Part shown: positions 9,501 to 19,647 of the stretch, in pieces
How positions within the stretch are numbered: position 1 is the stretch's first letter
How the letters are laid out: each line of letters opens with the position of its first letter
Origin: a virus
IMG/VR virus record: IMGVR_UViG_3300032272_000002
Location: 64,001-128,000 of that record
Length of the DNA: 64,000 nt
Strand: one strand, 5' to 3'
The notes under the pieces: generated by a model
Seen by the model: the letters and a program-made list of their open reading frames with translations, nothing else
Database searches by the model: none
Told to the model about the DNA's origin: nothing
Made by a program: the position numbers and the translations under genes

Positions 9501-10163
9501 ATGAAACAAGTGTTTAAGCCCGCCAGCCCACGTAAAGGACAGAAGGAATATTATGAATCAATGCACGACAACGAGATCACGTTCTGCGTAGGCAGAGCTG
9601 GTACCGGAAAAACATATCTAGCACTCAGTGCTGCGATTGAAATGCTCTACAAGCAGAGTTCAGGCATTCGACGTATCGTAATTATTCGTCCTTACATTCC
9701 CACCAATATCGGTGAGAAACTGGGGGCTCTGCCCGGCACGCTAAGCGAGAAGGTAGGTCCGTATGTCGAGGGTGTAAAAGATAACCTTCGCGAGATGATT
9801 ACGGAAGAATCTGAGATCATTAATCTAGTAAATAATAAGTTTGAGTTCGCAGTTCTAGGTACATGCCGAGGCAGATCATTTAACAACGCTTTTATCATCG
9901 TTGAAGAGGCTCAGAACGTCCCGCTAGACGGTGGGGCCATGAAAATGCTGCTGACACGTATTGGAAAAAAGTCTAGGATGGTAATTGCTGGCGACCTGGA
10001 CCAGTGTGATATCGCCAGTGATCGATCTGCCCTAACTCATGCCATAAATGTACTTGACGGAATGAAAGATATTGGCATCATTGAGATGAACGATCTTAAT
10101 ATCATTCAGCGTAACCCGTTGATTAAAGAAATTTTAAAGAGGTACGAAGAAGATGGGCAGTAA
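9501..10163 (+). CDS. phoH: PhoH family ATPase
   Basis: GRAGTGKT, LGALPG, RGRSF, EEAQN, LTRIG, GDLDQ. Confidence 0.93.
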   Translation: MKQVFKPASPRKGQKEYYESMHDNEITFCVGRAGTGKTYLALSAAIEMLYKQSSGIRRIVIIRPYIPTNIGEKLGALPGTLSEKVGPYVEGVKDNLREMITEESEIINLVNNKFEFAVLGTCRGRSFNNAFIIVEEAQNVPLDGGAMKMLLTRIGKKSRMVIAGDLDQCDIASDRSALTHAINVLDGMKDIGIIEMNDLNIIQRNPLIKEILKRYEEDGQ

Positions 10164-10689
10164 AACAGTAGTATTTTGTGACCTGTGCAAACAAGAGGCT
10201 GAAGAAGACAATCTATATTCGCTTGTCTTTAAGAAGCCAGGAAAGAAAACAGGGAATAGATACGAACTTTGCTCTGGCTGTGCTGGTAAACTACAGGTGC
10301 AGCTAGTAGGTGAAGGGGAACTTTCTTCCGGATGGGGATTCGGTTCGGGGCCACCGCAAGGACCGGCCACCGACCAGTCTCCACCGGAAGAGACTGCTGC
10401 TGAACGTCGTAAGCGTCTCTCTAAGCCGCTGCCAGAGCCCGATGCCGATGATGCCTTTGTGGCAGAGAAGCAGAAGGAGGCGGCAGCTATCAAAGAGCGT
10501 GCTAGTGGAGGCCCGAAGGTCGAGAGCGGTAAAGCTACCGATGGTAAGTGCCTACATTATAACAAAACATCTGCCGTGATGGGCACGGTAGGTGGTGAAC
10601 CGGGGTTCGTTCGCAAGTGTAAGGACTGTCGCGAAACCTTACCCGTACATACTGCGGAAGAACGTCATTCCATTTCAAGTGGAGAATAA
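10153..10689 (+). CDS. hypothetical zinc-finger protein
   Basis: CDLC...CSGC and C-terminal CLH...CKDC. Confidence 0.7.
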   Translation: MGSKTVVFCDLCKQEAEEDNLYSLVFKKPGKKTGNRYELCSGCAGKLQVQLVGEGELSSGWGFGSGPPQGPATDQSPPEETAAERRKRLSKPLPEPDADDAFVAEKQKEAAAIKERASGGPKVESGKATDGKCLHYNKTSAVMGTVGGEPGFVRKCKDCRETLPVHTAEERHSISSGE

Positions 10690-10693
10690 TCTC

Positions 10694-11224
10694 ATGAGAA
10701 AGCATTTAGGTGTACTTTTGGCCCTGGGTCTTGTGATCCTGCCTGTGACTGGAGTCGCTCTAAGCGGCTGTGTGTCTACTGGTGGTGAGCAAGGTCTAGA
10801 AACTCTCGAAACCATGACCGAAGCCGACTACCAGCGTCTCAAGCTGTATAGTACGCTCGGCGTCAAGATTGCCGCGAACCGTCTGGTTCAAGAGGGCACT
10901 GTGTCTGCTGCTGACCTAACGTTGGCCGCCGACCTTCTTGATTCTATTAAGTCAACCCCCGCTATGGGTGGTGCTGAACTTCTTATCGAAGATCTACTGG
11001 CCGACAGCGGCCTAACCAGCACCGAAGTCGAAGCTCTTCTTCAAATCGTTGTATTTGAGCTACAGGCCCGTGGAGTCTTCGACAACCTTGGCATCGGCGG
11101 TCTCGTGGAACTATCTCCGCGTACCGAAGACTTCATTGATTCCATGATTGACGCCGTGCGTAGTGCCGGAACCGTCAGCCAGGAAGAACTGCAAGAAGCC
11201 CACGCCATGGGCATCAGTGAATGA
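10694..11224 (+). CDS. putative lipoprotein
   Basis: GGAG SD; MRKH + hydrophobic stretch + lipobox LSG|C. Confidence 0.75.
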   Translation: MRKHLGVLLALGLVILPVTGVALSGCVSTGGEQGLETLETMTEADYQRLKLYSTLGVKIAANRLVQEGTVSAADLTLAADLLDSIKSTPAMGGAELLIEDLLADSGLTSTEVEALLQIVVFELQARGVFDNLGIGGLVELSPRTEDFIDSMIDAVRSAGTVSQEELQEAHAMGISE

Positions 11225-11724
11225 TCTGCATTTACCTTAACGGTAACGGCTACTATATTACGGGGGACGGGATAGAGATTGCTCTTTCCTGTTCCCCTAA
11301 TCTTGATGAGCATGGTGAGCCCTTCTACCCAGAGCACTGTCATATCTATGCTGTGTTATCAAGAGCTTTGAACGAACTGAGGGGACAAGAACTGCCTGGC
11401 GAAGTTATGGTATATAATGATAGCCGCGTGGTTGACGAGATGAACGGTGCCGTATCGCCGCTCGACGACCTGGGTGCAGAATTTCGGAATAGAATTCGTC
11501 GGGAGATCATGCCCGACATTGGTGGTACCGTCTTCTTTCGCAAGAAGAATACCCACGCTATCTCCCAACAAGTGGGTGAGGCTAAGCGTACGATGGTACA
11601 GGTGCCAGACAAGAATAGAAAATTAGAGGAGCTAATGCAGCAACACGCAGAGGCTCAACGAACCAAATCGCTACGAGCGTTAGATAAATTAAAGGAGAAT
11701 TGGAATCATGACAAGCGAAACTAA
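11221..11724 (+). CDS. degenerate RNase HI-like protein
   Basis: YAVLSRALNEL...VMVYNDSRVVDEMNG resembles RNase HI; N-terminal IYLNG instead of IYTDG. Confidence 0.5.
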   Translation: MICIYLNGNGYYITGDGIEIALSCSPNLDEHGEPFYPEHCHIYAVLSRALNELRGQELPGEVMVYNDSRVVDEMNGAVSPLDDLGAEFRNRIRREIMPDIGGTVFFRKKNTHAISQQVGEAKRTMVQVPDKNRKLEELMQQHAEAQRTKSLRALDKLKENWNHDKRN

Positions 11725-11953
11725 CAACGGAACTGAGCCGACAGTTGATCGCATCCTGCGAGAGAGGCTGGAAGACTTCAAGGTACCCATTGAGGTACGC
11801 AATGCAATTGCTGAGGAAATCCTGGCACTCATGCAGCGTCCAGAACGCAAGCCATATGGTGCTGCGGTGATGACGCCTGAGGCCAGTTTGGCTGCGGATA
11901 AGGCACGCCAACGCGGTGCTCGTTCAGACGACGCCAAGCCACAGATTATGTAA
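11708..11953 (+). CDS. hypothetical protein
   Basis: last ORF of the + strand block. Confidence 0.65.
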   Translation: MTSETNNGTEPTVDRILRERLEDFKVPIEVRNAIAEEILALMQRPERKPYGAAVMTPEASLAADKARQRGARSDDAKPQIM

Positions 11954-11973
11954 GAGCTATCGCTCTATAAAAT

Positions 11974-12007
11974 AAGGGGCGTGACCATTAGGTCACTCCC
12001 CTTTTTT
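11974..12007. terminator. bidirectional intrinsic terminator between convergent blocks
   Basis: AAGGGGCGTGACC-ATTA-GGTCACTCCCCTT followed by a T run; A-rich on the other side. Confidence 0.85.
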
Positions 12008-12026
12008 CGTATCTATATCAGTAGGG

Positions 12027-12332
12027 CTACTTGCCGTCAGTTCGTCTATCGATTCGCTCGATAGCTTCCTTGATACTGTTTACGCAGCCCGTCAGCTTGC
12101 CGATTACTCCTGTATTTTTTTCGAGTAGATTGATATACTCCTTGATTAAGCCCTCGTATGCCTCAAGCTGCTTGGCTGTCTGTTCGTCATTTTTATCTTC
12201 TACACTTTGAAGTCTCTTACTCTGTCGAATATAGAGAACTAGTAATACAGAAAACATAAGACCCATAACGCCGTACTGCTCTACCAACCCGGTTAGTGCT
12301 CCGGGATCTACCTGTGCTATTAAATTCATCAT
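12027..12332 (-). CDS. putative holin-like membrane protein
   Basis: one TM segment (YGVMGLMFSVLLVLYI) then a coiled coil; at the end of the tail-gene operon. Confidence 0.55.
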   Translation of the reverse strand: MMNLIAQVDPGALTGLVEQYGVMGLMFSVLLVLYIRQSKRLQSVEDKNDEQTAKQLEAYEGLIKEYINLLEKNTGVIGKLTGCVNSIKEAIERIDRRTDGK

Positions 12333-15262
12333 TATGGATTTGATACTTTATTTCTATTAAATTTGCCGAACCTTTTTGGTCCTAGATATTCGATGGTCAT
12401 GACATTACCAAAATTGAATACCTCAACGGTATCAAAGTCTGGCATGGGCGTGGGGCTTACTAAGTACTTCATATACAGGGCTTCGCCCGCCTCAAGGTCG
12501 GTCATCACGAAATTAGACACAGACGAGAAGGCCGCTTCGTCAGAGTTGATAAGATTGAATCCGTTAACGGCTCCAAGAATATTATCTTCTCTGCCAAGAG
12601 TATATCTAATACGCGGCTCAACTTGTACGGCCTGTTTGAGATTACCAGCAGTCTTGTTAACAACTCCAATGTAGGAAATGCGGTAAGCTCCTGCAACATT
12701 AATAACCACACCGCTACCCGCCACTGGTCGCATGAATCCATCCGCAGGGAAAATTGGGAATATATCAAACGTGCTGTCCAGGCGTGCTGGATCCCCCTGT
12801 TCGAACGCTACGCCCGTGGCATTAATATAGTTGCCAATACCAGACGAGATCACCAAGTTGGTAATACCAGAGCCAGTGTTATACATAGGCAGGGCGGGAC
12901 CTAATGAACGAGCGTCAGACTCAGCTTGCGTTGTCGGTGCGGCAACACCGTTTAAGCTTGCTTCGACGGGAGCGGCATGAGCTTGCATCCACAGGGCACC
13001 ACGCTGATTGCCGTTAGTAACCTCGGCAAGCACGCCAGACATTTGAATATGCGGGAATGGATCAGTCTCGCTCACGTATAACGCAAGAGGCTGTACGTCA
13101 GTACCTACAATTTGTACTGGACCATTCTGTGCTACGCTAGTGAAGATATTCGGATTGCCTTCATACGCTTCTTGTAGAGTGCTTGCTCCACCGCCGCCCC
13201 CGCCATTCTCCAGAATCATCTGAAGAATTTGACCAGAGTGGGGGATCGGCCAGTAGCCATCGCCATTCGGCCCGGTTCCAAAGGGGCTAAAGCTCTGCTT
13301 CTGGTGCCACGATTCATATGGACCAAAGCGATACCCAAGGCGACCACTACCATTAGAGGTATTGCTAAAAGCACCTAGCTCAACATCATCTCTAGAGAGA
13401 ACACGTAACTTCTGCGTTTCTTCAAGACTGTTGATAATAAAGTTGCCACCCTGTTGGACCCACTGAGTATCATCAAAAGCCGTAACGAGCATCCGGCCAC
13501 TAGTACCGATAGTAAAGATATCAGCCTGGGTCGCTCCACGCAGATAGCCAATTGAAGTAGTGTGCGAAAGATCACTCTCAACCACCGAGCCAGTAATACC
13601 GGACGACTTGAAGATGATCTGGCCAGGGTACATATCTGTTAATGAATATGTATTTACATTCTCAGGAGATGCAGAGTGGCCGCTTGCAACAATTAGGCCG
13701 CGACCCAACTGGTCAATAGGTGCAAGATCTGGAATTACAGGTAGGCCACCATGCGGTTCATGCACAATAACAGGATTACCTTCGTCGATAGAAATGGTCG
13801 CACCATTCTCATAGGCATCGTCCAATGATGTGTTGCCTGCGGGTGCATTCTCCGCAATCATCTGAATGATTTGACCAGAGTGAGGTAGCGGTTGAGCACC
13901 AGTGCCCTTCGGGCCACCAGTTGTTGCGTAGCTTGGCTTCCAATACCAGGCTTCATGTGGCCCGAACTCATATGTCAGTTGACCACTAGCACCACTACTG
14001 TCGAATGGATTGAATCTAATTTGGCCGCCGCCACGGTTTGGATTAACTCCACCGTTGAATTGAATATCATTACCGCTGATCTCGTTATTAACACTGAAGA
14101 GCGTAGCTCCTCCTTGAGAATTAATAAGGAATACACCACTAGACGATAGGAAGTTGCCAAAGGCTGTGGTTGCAAACGTGATTGATGGGGCTGGGGACGT
14201 TGCTGTGCCCGAAGCCTGCAACGCTAGATATCCGGGTGCTAGAACACCGAATGCAAACGTGCTTGTTAGGTCGGGAGTCGCCGTGTGCCCACTAGCGACG
14301 ACGCCAGGCAACTGTAAGATCTGTCTAATAGACTCAACGCTGCCGCCAACGCCGCCAGCACCAGGAGTAGTTTCCTGGATAACAATAGGGGCGTGCTCTG
14401 TTCTGAAAATGTTATTTGAAAGCAGTGCAGGAGCAGCGTCCAGCTCAACCTCGTTGCCGCCGTCATAGGCTGCCTGTAGCGTATGTGGCGTGCCGCCAGC
14501 ATCAGAAATCATTTGAGAGATCTGACCGGAGTGCGGCAACGGCCAGAAACCATCGCTGAACGGCCCACCGGCAGAATCGTGCGTTAGCTTAGCGTACCAT
14601 GCCTGATGCGGGCCGAAGCGGAATTCAAGCTGACCACTCGCCTGGAAAGGCGATAGATTGATTTGTCCACCAGTACCAACATTAGCAAAACCAGCACGCA
14701 GATTAATGTCACGGTTGCCGGTAGCACTAATGTCCACCGAGGCTGTATGAGCAATATTACCAAAAGAATTGAGAGTGATAGTGCCGCCACCGCCAGGTTG
14801 ATTGGCGGTAAAACTAATATCAGGAGCACCAACATTAACCTGTTGAACAGCCTCCATATCGATCTGTGATTGGGAACTCATTACTAAGTTGCCACTACTT
14901 AGAAGATATAAAAAGCTAGTTTCGGCAGCTAGACCCTGAACAATGCCATGCGGACCAAGACCGGCGAAGCCATCAGTTGCACCACCCAAACGCAATGGGA
15001 AGTTGGCACCACCGTCAACAGAAATCTCGATTGCATCTTGCTTGTTGCCGATAACAGTGCTGGCAATAATAGTACCAGGAGAATTGGCATAACGGATCAC
15101 ACCCGACTGACCATACGCATCGTGCAAAATTCCACTGTTAAAGTGGACGTTCGCATACGGACGAATGTCACCAGTAAAGCCGCCCATACCATTGGACATT
15201 TCTGTACCAAGGCTGGCTGACCCGCTACTGCGGGGCAATAGATCTCCTGTAAATACACCCAT
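12332..15262 (-). CDS. large virion / tail-fibre-like protein with ~217 aa internal repeats
   Basis: G/S/N/T-rich; N-terminal GDLLP..G...LG; three copies of FGP(H/Y)..W...P(L/I)PHSGQI.QMI...L..AY. Confidence 0.7.
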   Translation of the reverse strand: MGVFTGDLLPRSSGSASLGTEMSNGMGGFTGDIRPYANVHFNSGILHDAYGQSGVIRYANSPGTIIASTVIGNKQDAIEISVDGGANFPLRLGGATDGFAGLGPHGIVQGLAAETSFLYLLSSGNLVMSSQSQIDMEAVQQVNVGAPDISFTANQPGGGGTITLNSFGNIAHTASVDISATGNRDINLRAGFANVGTGGQINLSPFQASGQLEFRFGPHQAWYAKLTHDSAGGPFSDGFWPLPHSGQISQMISDAGGTPHTLQAAYDGGNEVELDAAPALLSNNIFRTEHAPIVIQETTPGAGGVGGSVESIRQILQLPGVVASGHTATPDLTSTFAFGVLAPGYLALQASGTATSPAPSITFATTAFGNFLSSSGVFLINSQGGATLFSVNNEISGNDIQFNGGVNPNRGGGQIRFNPFDSSGASGQLTYEFGPHEAWYWKPSYATTGGPKGTGAQPLPHSGQIIQMIAENAPAGNTSLDDAYENGATISIDEGNPVIVHEPHGGLPVIPDLAPIDQLGRGLIVASGHSASPENVNTYSLTDMYPGQIIFKSSGITGSVVESDLSHTTSIGYLRGATQADIFTIGTSGRMLVTAFDDTQWVQQGGNFIINSLEETQKLRVLSRDDVELGAFSNTSNGSGRLGYRFGPYESWHQKQSFSPFGTGPNGDGYWPIPHSGQILQMILENGGGGGGASTLQEAYEGNPNIFTSVAQNGPVQIVGTDVQPLALYVSETDPFPHIQMSGVLAEVTNGNQRGALWMQAHAAPVEASLNGVAAPTTQAESDARSLGPALPMYNTGSGITNLVISSGIGNYINATGVAFEQGDPARLDSTFDIFPIFPADGFMRPVAGSGVVINVAGAYRISYIGVVNKTAGNLKQAVQVEPRIRYTLGREDNILGAVNGFNLINSDEAAFSSVSNFVMTDLEAGEALYMKYLVSPTPMPDFDTVEVFNFGNVMTIEYLGPKRFGKFNRNKVSNP

Positions 15263-15912
15263 TATAAAATTCCGCTAGCTTGCAAAAGCTTAAGGACAAT
15301 ATCTCTTACTTGATTTTCGTCTGGCATTAGATTGTAATCTAGAGAATCGCTATGGCGAACATACCAACCCTCTTCTTGACCAAGGCCAAGTCTATACTCG
15401 GTGAGACCACTACCATTGAATGGATTCAATTGGATAGTGCCACCTTTGTTTTCAATTGTCAGATCACCAACGGGAGCACTCTGCAATAGCTGCACAACAC
15501 CGTCGCCCGCAATCACAAACGCCCCACTGGCGGCGATCACTGCAAACGGAATTCCGAATGGGCCGTTGGCCGCCGTCAGAATCATGTTCGCTGGCGTACC
15601 AGAACCTTGCAATGTAATGATACCTGGACCCATGGTCGTGTGTGAGAACGAACCGAACACGTCGGGAGTAGGCGAATAGCCACTCGCGACGATGCTGGCA
15701 TCAAGAAATGCTTGTTCTAAAGAGTGACCAGCCGCACTGCCCGCACCAGGAGTCGTCTGTCCAATCACTACCGGCTCATGACCGAAAGTAAATTGAAGCG
15801 TCTGTAAACTAGACGGCACCGGCCCTGTATTTTGCTCAATAAAGTTGCCCATATTGTAAGCAAAATTTAAATCTCTCTTAGCGTCCATTTCCCCTATCCT
15901 TCTCTTTTTCAT
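15262..15912 (-). CDS. virion protein homologous to one repeat unit of the 976 aa protein
   Basis: HEPVVIGQTTPGAG..VASGYSPTPD versus HAPIVIQETTPGAG..VASGHTATPD. Confidence 0.7.
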   Translation of the reverse strand: MKKRRIGEMDAKRDLNFAYNMGNFIEQNTGPVPSSLQTLQFTFGHEPVVIGQTTPGAGSAAGHSLEQAFLDASIVASGYSPTPDVFGSFSHTTMGPGIITLQGSGTPANMILTAANGPFGIPFAVIAASGAFVIAGDGVVQLLQSAPVGDLTIENKGGTIQLNPFNGSGLTEYRLGLGQEEGWYVRHSDSLDYNLMPDENQVRDIVLKLLQASGIL

Positions 15913-15915
15913 AAT

Positions 15916-16713
15916 TTAACAGCCTAGGATTACAACTCTACCACCCTGGGCTACATTAAATCGTATCGTTACGTTGTTCGCGTCGGTGATTTCAACTTCA
16001 TCAGGTAAAATCTCTACCCGAGGTGAGCTGTCATCTAATACCATTACACTAACATCGCTCGTGCCGAGCGAGTGAGTAGCAACCCATGAAGTGGCTGCAA
16101 CGAAGGTCTCAGAGTAACACCTGGCTAGGCTAGAGATTTCTACGTCGGCCCCAATCGTCATGGTTTGGCCAACAATGTCTACGATAATGCCAGAGGCACC
16201 AACCACGTTGATGACACCCTGTGCCTCAGTACCATTGAAGTCGGTCAGAGCATTAACAACACGCCCGTTGAAGCCCTGTGTGGGGAAGTCCCATAGCCCT
16301 GAAAGGGCTAAGGTATTCACAGACCACGATAGCGGCGATGCACCAGCGTTATCTTCAATCAGAAGGAAGCCACTCACCGGGAAGGCGAAGTCAACCGCAC
16401 CCGTTAGGTTCGCCCCACCGACCACGCCGACAGATGTTACGCCGCCTGCCGTTGCAGTGGTCGTGATACAATCGAAGGTCAAGCCGCCGTCAGTCGATAC
16501 TTCAAAGCAATCAAGCTGTTGGTTGAATCGCAGCACACCGGACTGACCGTGTAGTGGGTCGTGGAATACACCACTGACTTGATGGATGTGACCAAAGGGT
16601 CTAATCGCACCCGGAGTTGCGTCGAATGCACCCAGGTTCGGGCCTCCATCGACGCCAAGATGTGCTCTACCGGAGACACTCGGTACTAAATCGCCATTGA
16701 TAGGAAATCCCAT
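15916..16713 (-). CDS. tail-fibre-associated virion protein
   Basis: N-terminus paralogous to the 976 aa protein (GDLVP, IRPF..H..SG..HD...GQSGV.R); C-terminal THSLGTSDV domain shared with 19647-20189. Confidence 0.7.
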   Translation of the reverse strand: MGFPINGDLVPSVSGRAHLGVDGGPNLGAFDATPGAIRPFGHIHQVSGVFHDPLHGQSGVLRFNQQLDCFEVSTDGGLTFDCITTTATAGGVTSVGVVGGANLTGAVDFAFPVSGFLLIEDNAGASPLSWSVNTLALSGLWDFPTQGFNGRVVNALTDFNGTEAQGVINVVGASGIIVDIVGQTMTIGADVEISSLARCYSETFVAATSWVATHSLGTSDVSVMVLDDSSPRVEILPDEVEITDANNVTIRFNVAQGGRVVILGC

Positions 16714-17447
16714 TATGCTAACCTCTTAATTGTTACACTGCTGCCATTAGGAATAAACTGTGGGCCTTCTTGAAAACTCATTCCAGTAGAGTTCTGACCA
16801 ACAAGACATTGAAGACGAGTGCCCGCCACTACGTCTGGTAAAATAACGGTGATATATGCTGTATCCTCACCGGCTGTATCGATTCTATGATAAGAATATG
16901 CTCGGGAGCCAGCAACCTCAGTGAAGCTTCCAGTATCCGTCGCCGTTTCAATCCATGATCTAAAGGTAATACGAGTGCCACCGCCCAGAGCTGGAACGTG
17001 ATCCCCGCTCATACGATAAGTTACTTCGTATGTTCCTGGATGCCAAATACTTACAAAGTTGCCATTTGGAGACGAAGTATCGATAGTAAAATGATCTGCA
17101 CTACTAACAGATCGAATAACACTTAAGTCTAACACGTCGGGGTTGGTAATATTACCAATCGCTTCAGAAGACGTATTATAAATATCGATGTATACTGCTG
17201 GCGTTACAACTTGGGCACCACTCTGTGAGGGGATAAGCTCTAACAGCTCATGATCCTGGTGACTATTATAGGATAGAATACCAGATTGTGCCGGGGCACC
17301 AGAGTCATGAAGCTCCGCTCGTCTCAGGTGGACATCCAATAGGGGCACGGTTGGAGACGGGAAGTCAAGACTGTTGCGGCCAACCGCAATGTCCACTCCA
17401 CTGTCGGGGATGATGTCCCCTCTCCAAATCTCTTGAATGCTTCCCAT
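16713..17447 (-). CDS. virion fibre protein with C1q/BclA-like head (paralog A)
   Basis: N-terminal ~55 aa nearly identical to the neighbouring gene; PGTYEVTY jelly-roll-like C-terminus. Confidence 0.65.
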   Translation of the reverse strand: MGSIQEIWRGDIIPDSGVDIAVGRNSLDFPSPTVPLLDVHLRRAELHDSGAPAQSGILSYNSHQDHELLELIPSQSGAQVVTPAVYIDIYNTSSEAIGNITNPDVLDLSVIRSVSSADHFTIDTSSPNGNFVSIWHPGTYEVTYRMSGDHVPALGGGTRITFRSWIETATDTGSFTEVAGSRAYSYHRIDTAGEDTAYITVILPDVVAGTRLQCLVGQNSTGMSFQEGPQFIPNGSSVTIKRLA

Positions 17448-18145
17448 TATGCTAGTTTTTTAATTGTAAGACGCGAACCATCTGCGACCGTCACACAGTC
17501 CGCACCGGCAATACGAAGGGCTCTGACTCGGAAGATGGTGCCGACCGCCACATCCTCAAGAATGCATTTGGCATTGGCAGTATCTTCTCCCGCCGCACTA
17601 AGTCTGTTATATGTAAAGGCTCGGCACCCCGTCACTTCACTGAACGATGAACCGCCATCGGTTGATTGCTGCAAAACCGTGCGACAACTTGAACGGGTGG
17701 TTGCGTTCACCGCATCAATCGTCACTCCATATTCGATTTCATACACGCCAGGCATATTGATTTGCACGGCGTCAGCCACAACGCCATCATGCACAAAGAC
17801 ATTCGGATGAGTGTTGACTCGCTCGGTATCAATAGTCACCGTGGCAAGCGTCGTGGTAACCGTGGTGCCGCCAGTGGCGTCATACCCGTCCCAGAGGACA
17901 GCGGTCACAATGGGTTGGGCTCCACTCTGACTGGGAATTAATTCTAATCTATTCTCTGAAGAGTTAAATGAGACAACACCCGACTGGGTGGGGGCACCAG
18001 TGTCATGAAATTCAGCTCTACGGAGATGTACGTCCAGGAGGGGGACCGTGGGGGACGGAAAATCGAGGCTGTTACGACCGACCGATACATCCACGCCGCT
18101 TTCGGGGATGATGTCGCCTCTCCAGATTTCTTGAATGCTTCCCAT
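17447..18145 (-). CDS. virion fibre protein with C1q/BclA-like head (paralog B)
   Basis: MGSIQEIWRGDIIP.SGVD..VGRNSLDFPSPTVPLLDVHLRRAE shared; PGVYEIEY. Confidence 0.65.
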   Translation of the reverse strand: MGSIQEIWRGDIIPESGVDVSVGRNSLDFPSPTVPLLDVHLRRAEFHDTGAPTQSGVVSFNSSENRLELIPSQSGAQPIVTAVLWDGYDATGGTTVTTTLATVTIDTERVNTHPNVFVHDGVVADAVQINMPGVYEIEYGVTIDAVNATTRSSCRTVLQQSTDGGSSFSEVTGCRAFTYNRLSAAGEDTANAKCILEDVAVGTIFRVRALRIAGADCVTVADGSRLTIKKLA

Positions 18146-18148
18146 TGT

Positions 18149-18162
18149 TATGAATACACTAA
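18149..18162 (-). promoter_or_regulatory. conserved motif TTAGTGTATTCATA (candidate late promoter)
   Basis: identical 14-mer at 21157-21170; ends 3 nt before ATG 18145. Confidence 0.6.
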
Positions 18163-18163
18163 G

Positions 18164-19312
18164 TTAGAAAATCTCTCGCCAGATCATTCCGCCCGTGGCA
18201 TTAGCACTACTGCCGCTGGTACGTCTGGCAGCAATAGTAGCTACGTCTCCTCGTGCCATCTGCAATCCCATGTTTACGATGTCGAATGTATCACTAGAAT
18301 TCGGTCGCACGAAACCGCTAATCACCTGTAGCCCACCCGTGAGTGCCGTGGCTGAGGTATCAATTTCCATCACCGAAGTATCTGTATCAAAGTCTGCAAA
18401 GGATGCACCAGTCAAAGTAGCACCAAACAAGAATACAAACTCAACAGCTTGGTTGCCGTCATTGTTACCATAGGCACGCAACAAATCAACAAGCACCTGA
18501 TTTTGTCTATTCTGAAAAACCTCTTTGACTCGGTATGAAATGAGCGGAACTAATGTCGTTCCAATATCGGCTGTAGCACCGCTAGCAGACACAATACCCC
18601 TATCAATCTCTCTACCTTCTTTGAACCCGGCAATAGAATGCACGCTAACTGACAAATCACTGCTATTGCCAGTGTTGAGAGCCTGAACAGTAAGTGGTAG
18701 ATGAGGATTGAGCGTAGATGGATTTAGTTGTGCATTGGAGAACTCAAACCTATGCACGTTCACGGTATCTCCCGTTACGCCATCTTCAATACCAAAGTCA
18801 ACGTGACCAAACCCCATTTGCAACCTAATGCAATACATGTTACCCAATGATGGATCAAGCGTTGGGTACTTATTCAAATTCCATTCTGACTGTGGAACAA
18901 AGTCGTCAGCCGCAACACAGCGATGCACTACGCCAAATTGTACCCCGCTATAGCCAAAGAAAAATCCACATAGATTATCACCAAGTCCAACAAGTTGTTG
19001 TGACTCGGGTACACCACTAGTAAAAATGGCGGCAGACTGAACGTGCAATCCCTGACCCGGTGTATAGTAAATAGCTCCACGACTCTTAAGAACGCCACTG
19101 GCCTGGGTTGACGCCGACGTAGACACAACAGCCATGCCGCTTGCGTGAACGATTCCGCCACCGCCGCCGCTTTCGTCTCGAATGAGACGACTGTTGATAT
19201 TGTAAGGAAAATCAAGATGAGCAACAGGAGTGAGTTCCGAGTTACGGATTTCACCAAACGCCGACTCTCTCTTTTTCAGCGGGTCAAATTCAGGATATTG
19301 ATTGATAGACAT
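18164..19312 (-). CDS. putative virion structural protein
   Basis: beta-rich; SAFGE, YTPGQG, GFFFGY, QSEWN motifs of the kind seen in phage tail-associated proteins; operon context. Confidence 0.6.
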   Translation of the reverse strand: MSINQYPEFDPLKKRESAFGEIRNSELTPVAHLDFPYNINSRLIRDESGGGGGIVHASGMAVVSTSASTQASGVLKSRGAIYYTPGQGLHVQSAAIFTSGVPESQQLVGLGDNLCGFFFGYSGVQFGVVHRCVAADDFVPQSEWNLNKYPTLDPSLGNMYCIRLQMGFGHVDFGIEDGVTGDTVNVHRFEFSNAQLNPSTLNPHLPLTVQALNTGNSSDLSVSVHSIAGFKEGREIDRGIVSASGATADIGTTLVPLISYRVKEVFQNRQNQVLVDLLRAYGNNDGNQAVEFVFLFGATLTGASFADFDTDTSVMEIDTSATALTGGLQVISGFVRPNSSDTFDIVNMGLQMARGDVATIAARRTSGSSANATGGMIWREIF

Positions 19313-19647
19313 TAGCTGACCTCCGCTCCAAACGCCGTGAATGTCAAAGCACTTGCCGTGCCGGTACGCACGGCTAGATTCCCTGCCGAATTATTCAATG
19401 CCATAAACGTATCAAGCTCCAGCGTTGTGCTGCCATTAATAGTTACGTCCCAGAAAATCGCTGTCGATTCATCGTAGGTTGTGCCATCATCATCAGCAAA
19501 GATTCTGAATGTCACTGGTGAAGATGTAGTGTTGCAAATCCAAATTGACTTGACGATGGCTGTCACGCCCGCCCCCGGCGAATACAATGACGCAGCCGTA
19601 GTGTTCGCTGGTCTTAACTGTCCTAATTGTTGTTCTTGTAATGTCAT
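19312..19647 (-). CDS. small virion beta-sandwich protein
   Basis: LYSP..GVTAIVKSIWICN pattern; structural operon. Confidence 0.6.
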   Translation of the reverse strand: MTLQEQQLGQLRPANTTAASLYSPGAGVTAIVKSIWICNTTSSPVTFRIFADDDGTTYDESTAIFWDVTINGSTTLELDTFMALNNSAGNLAVRTGTASALTFTAFGAEVS

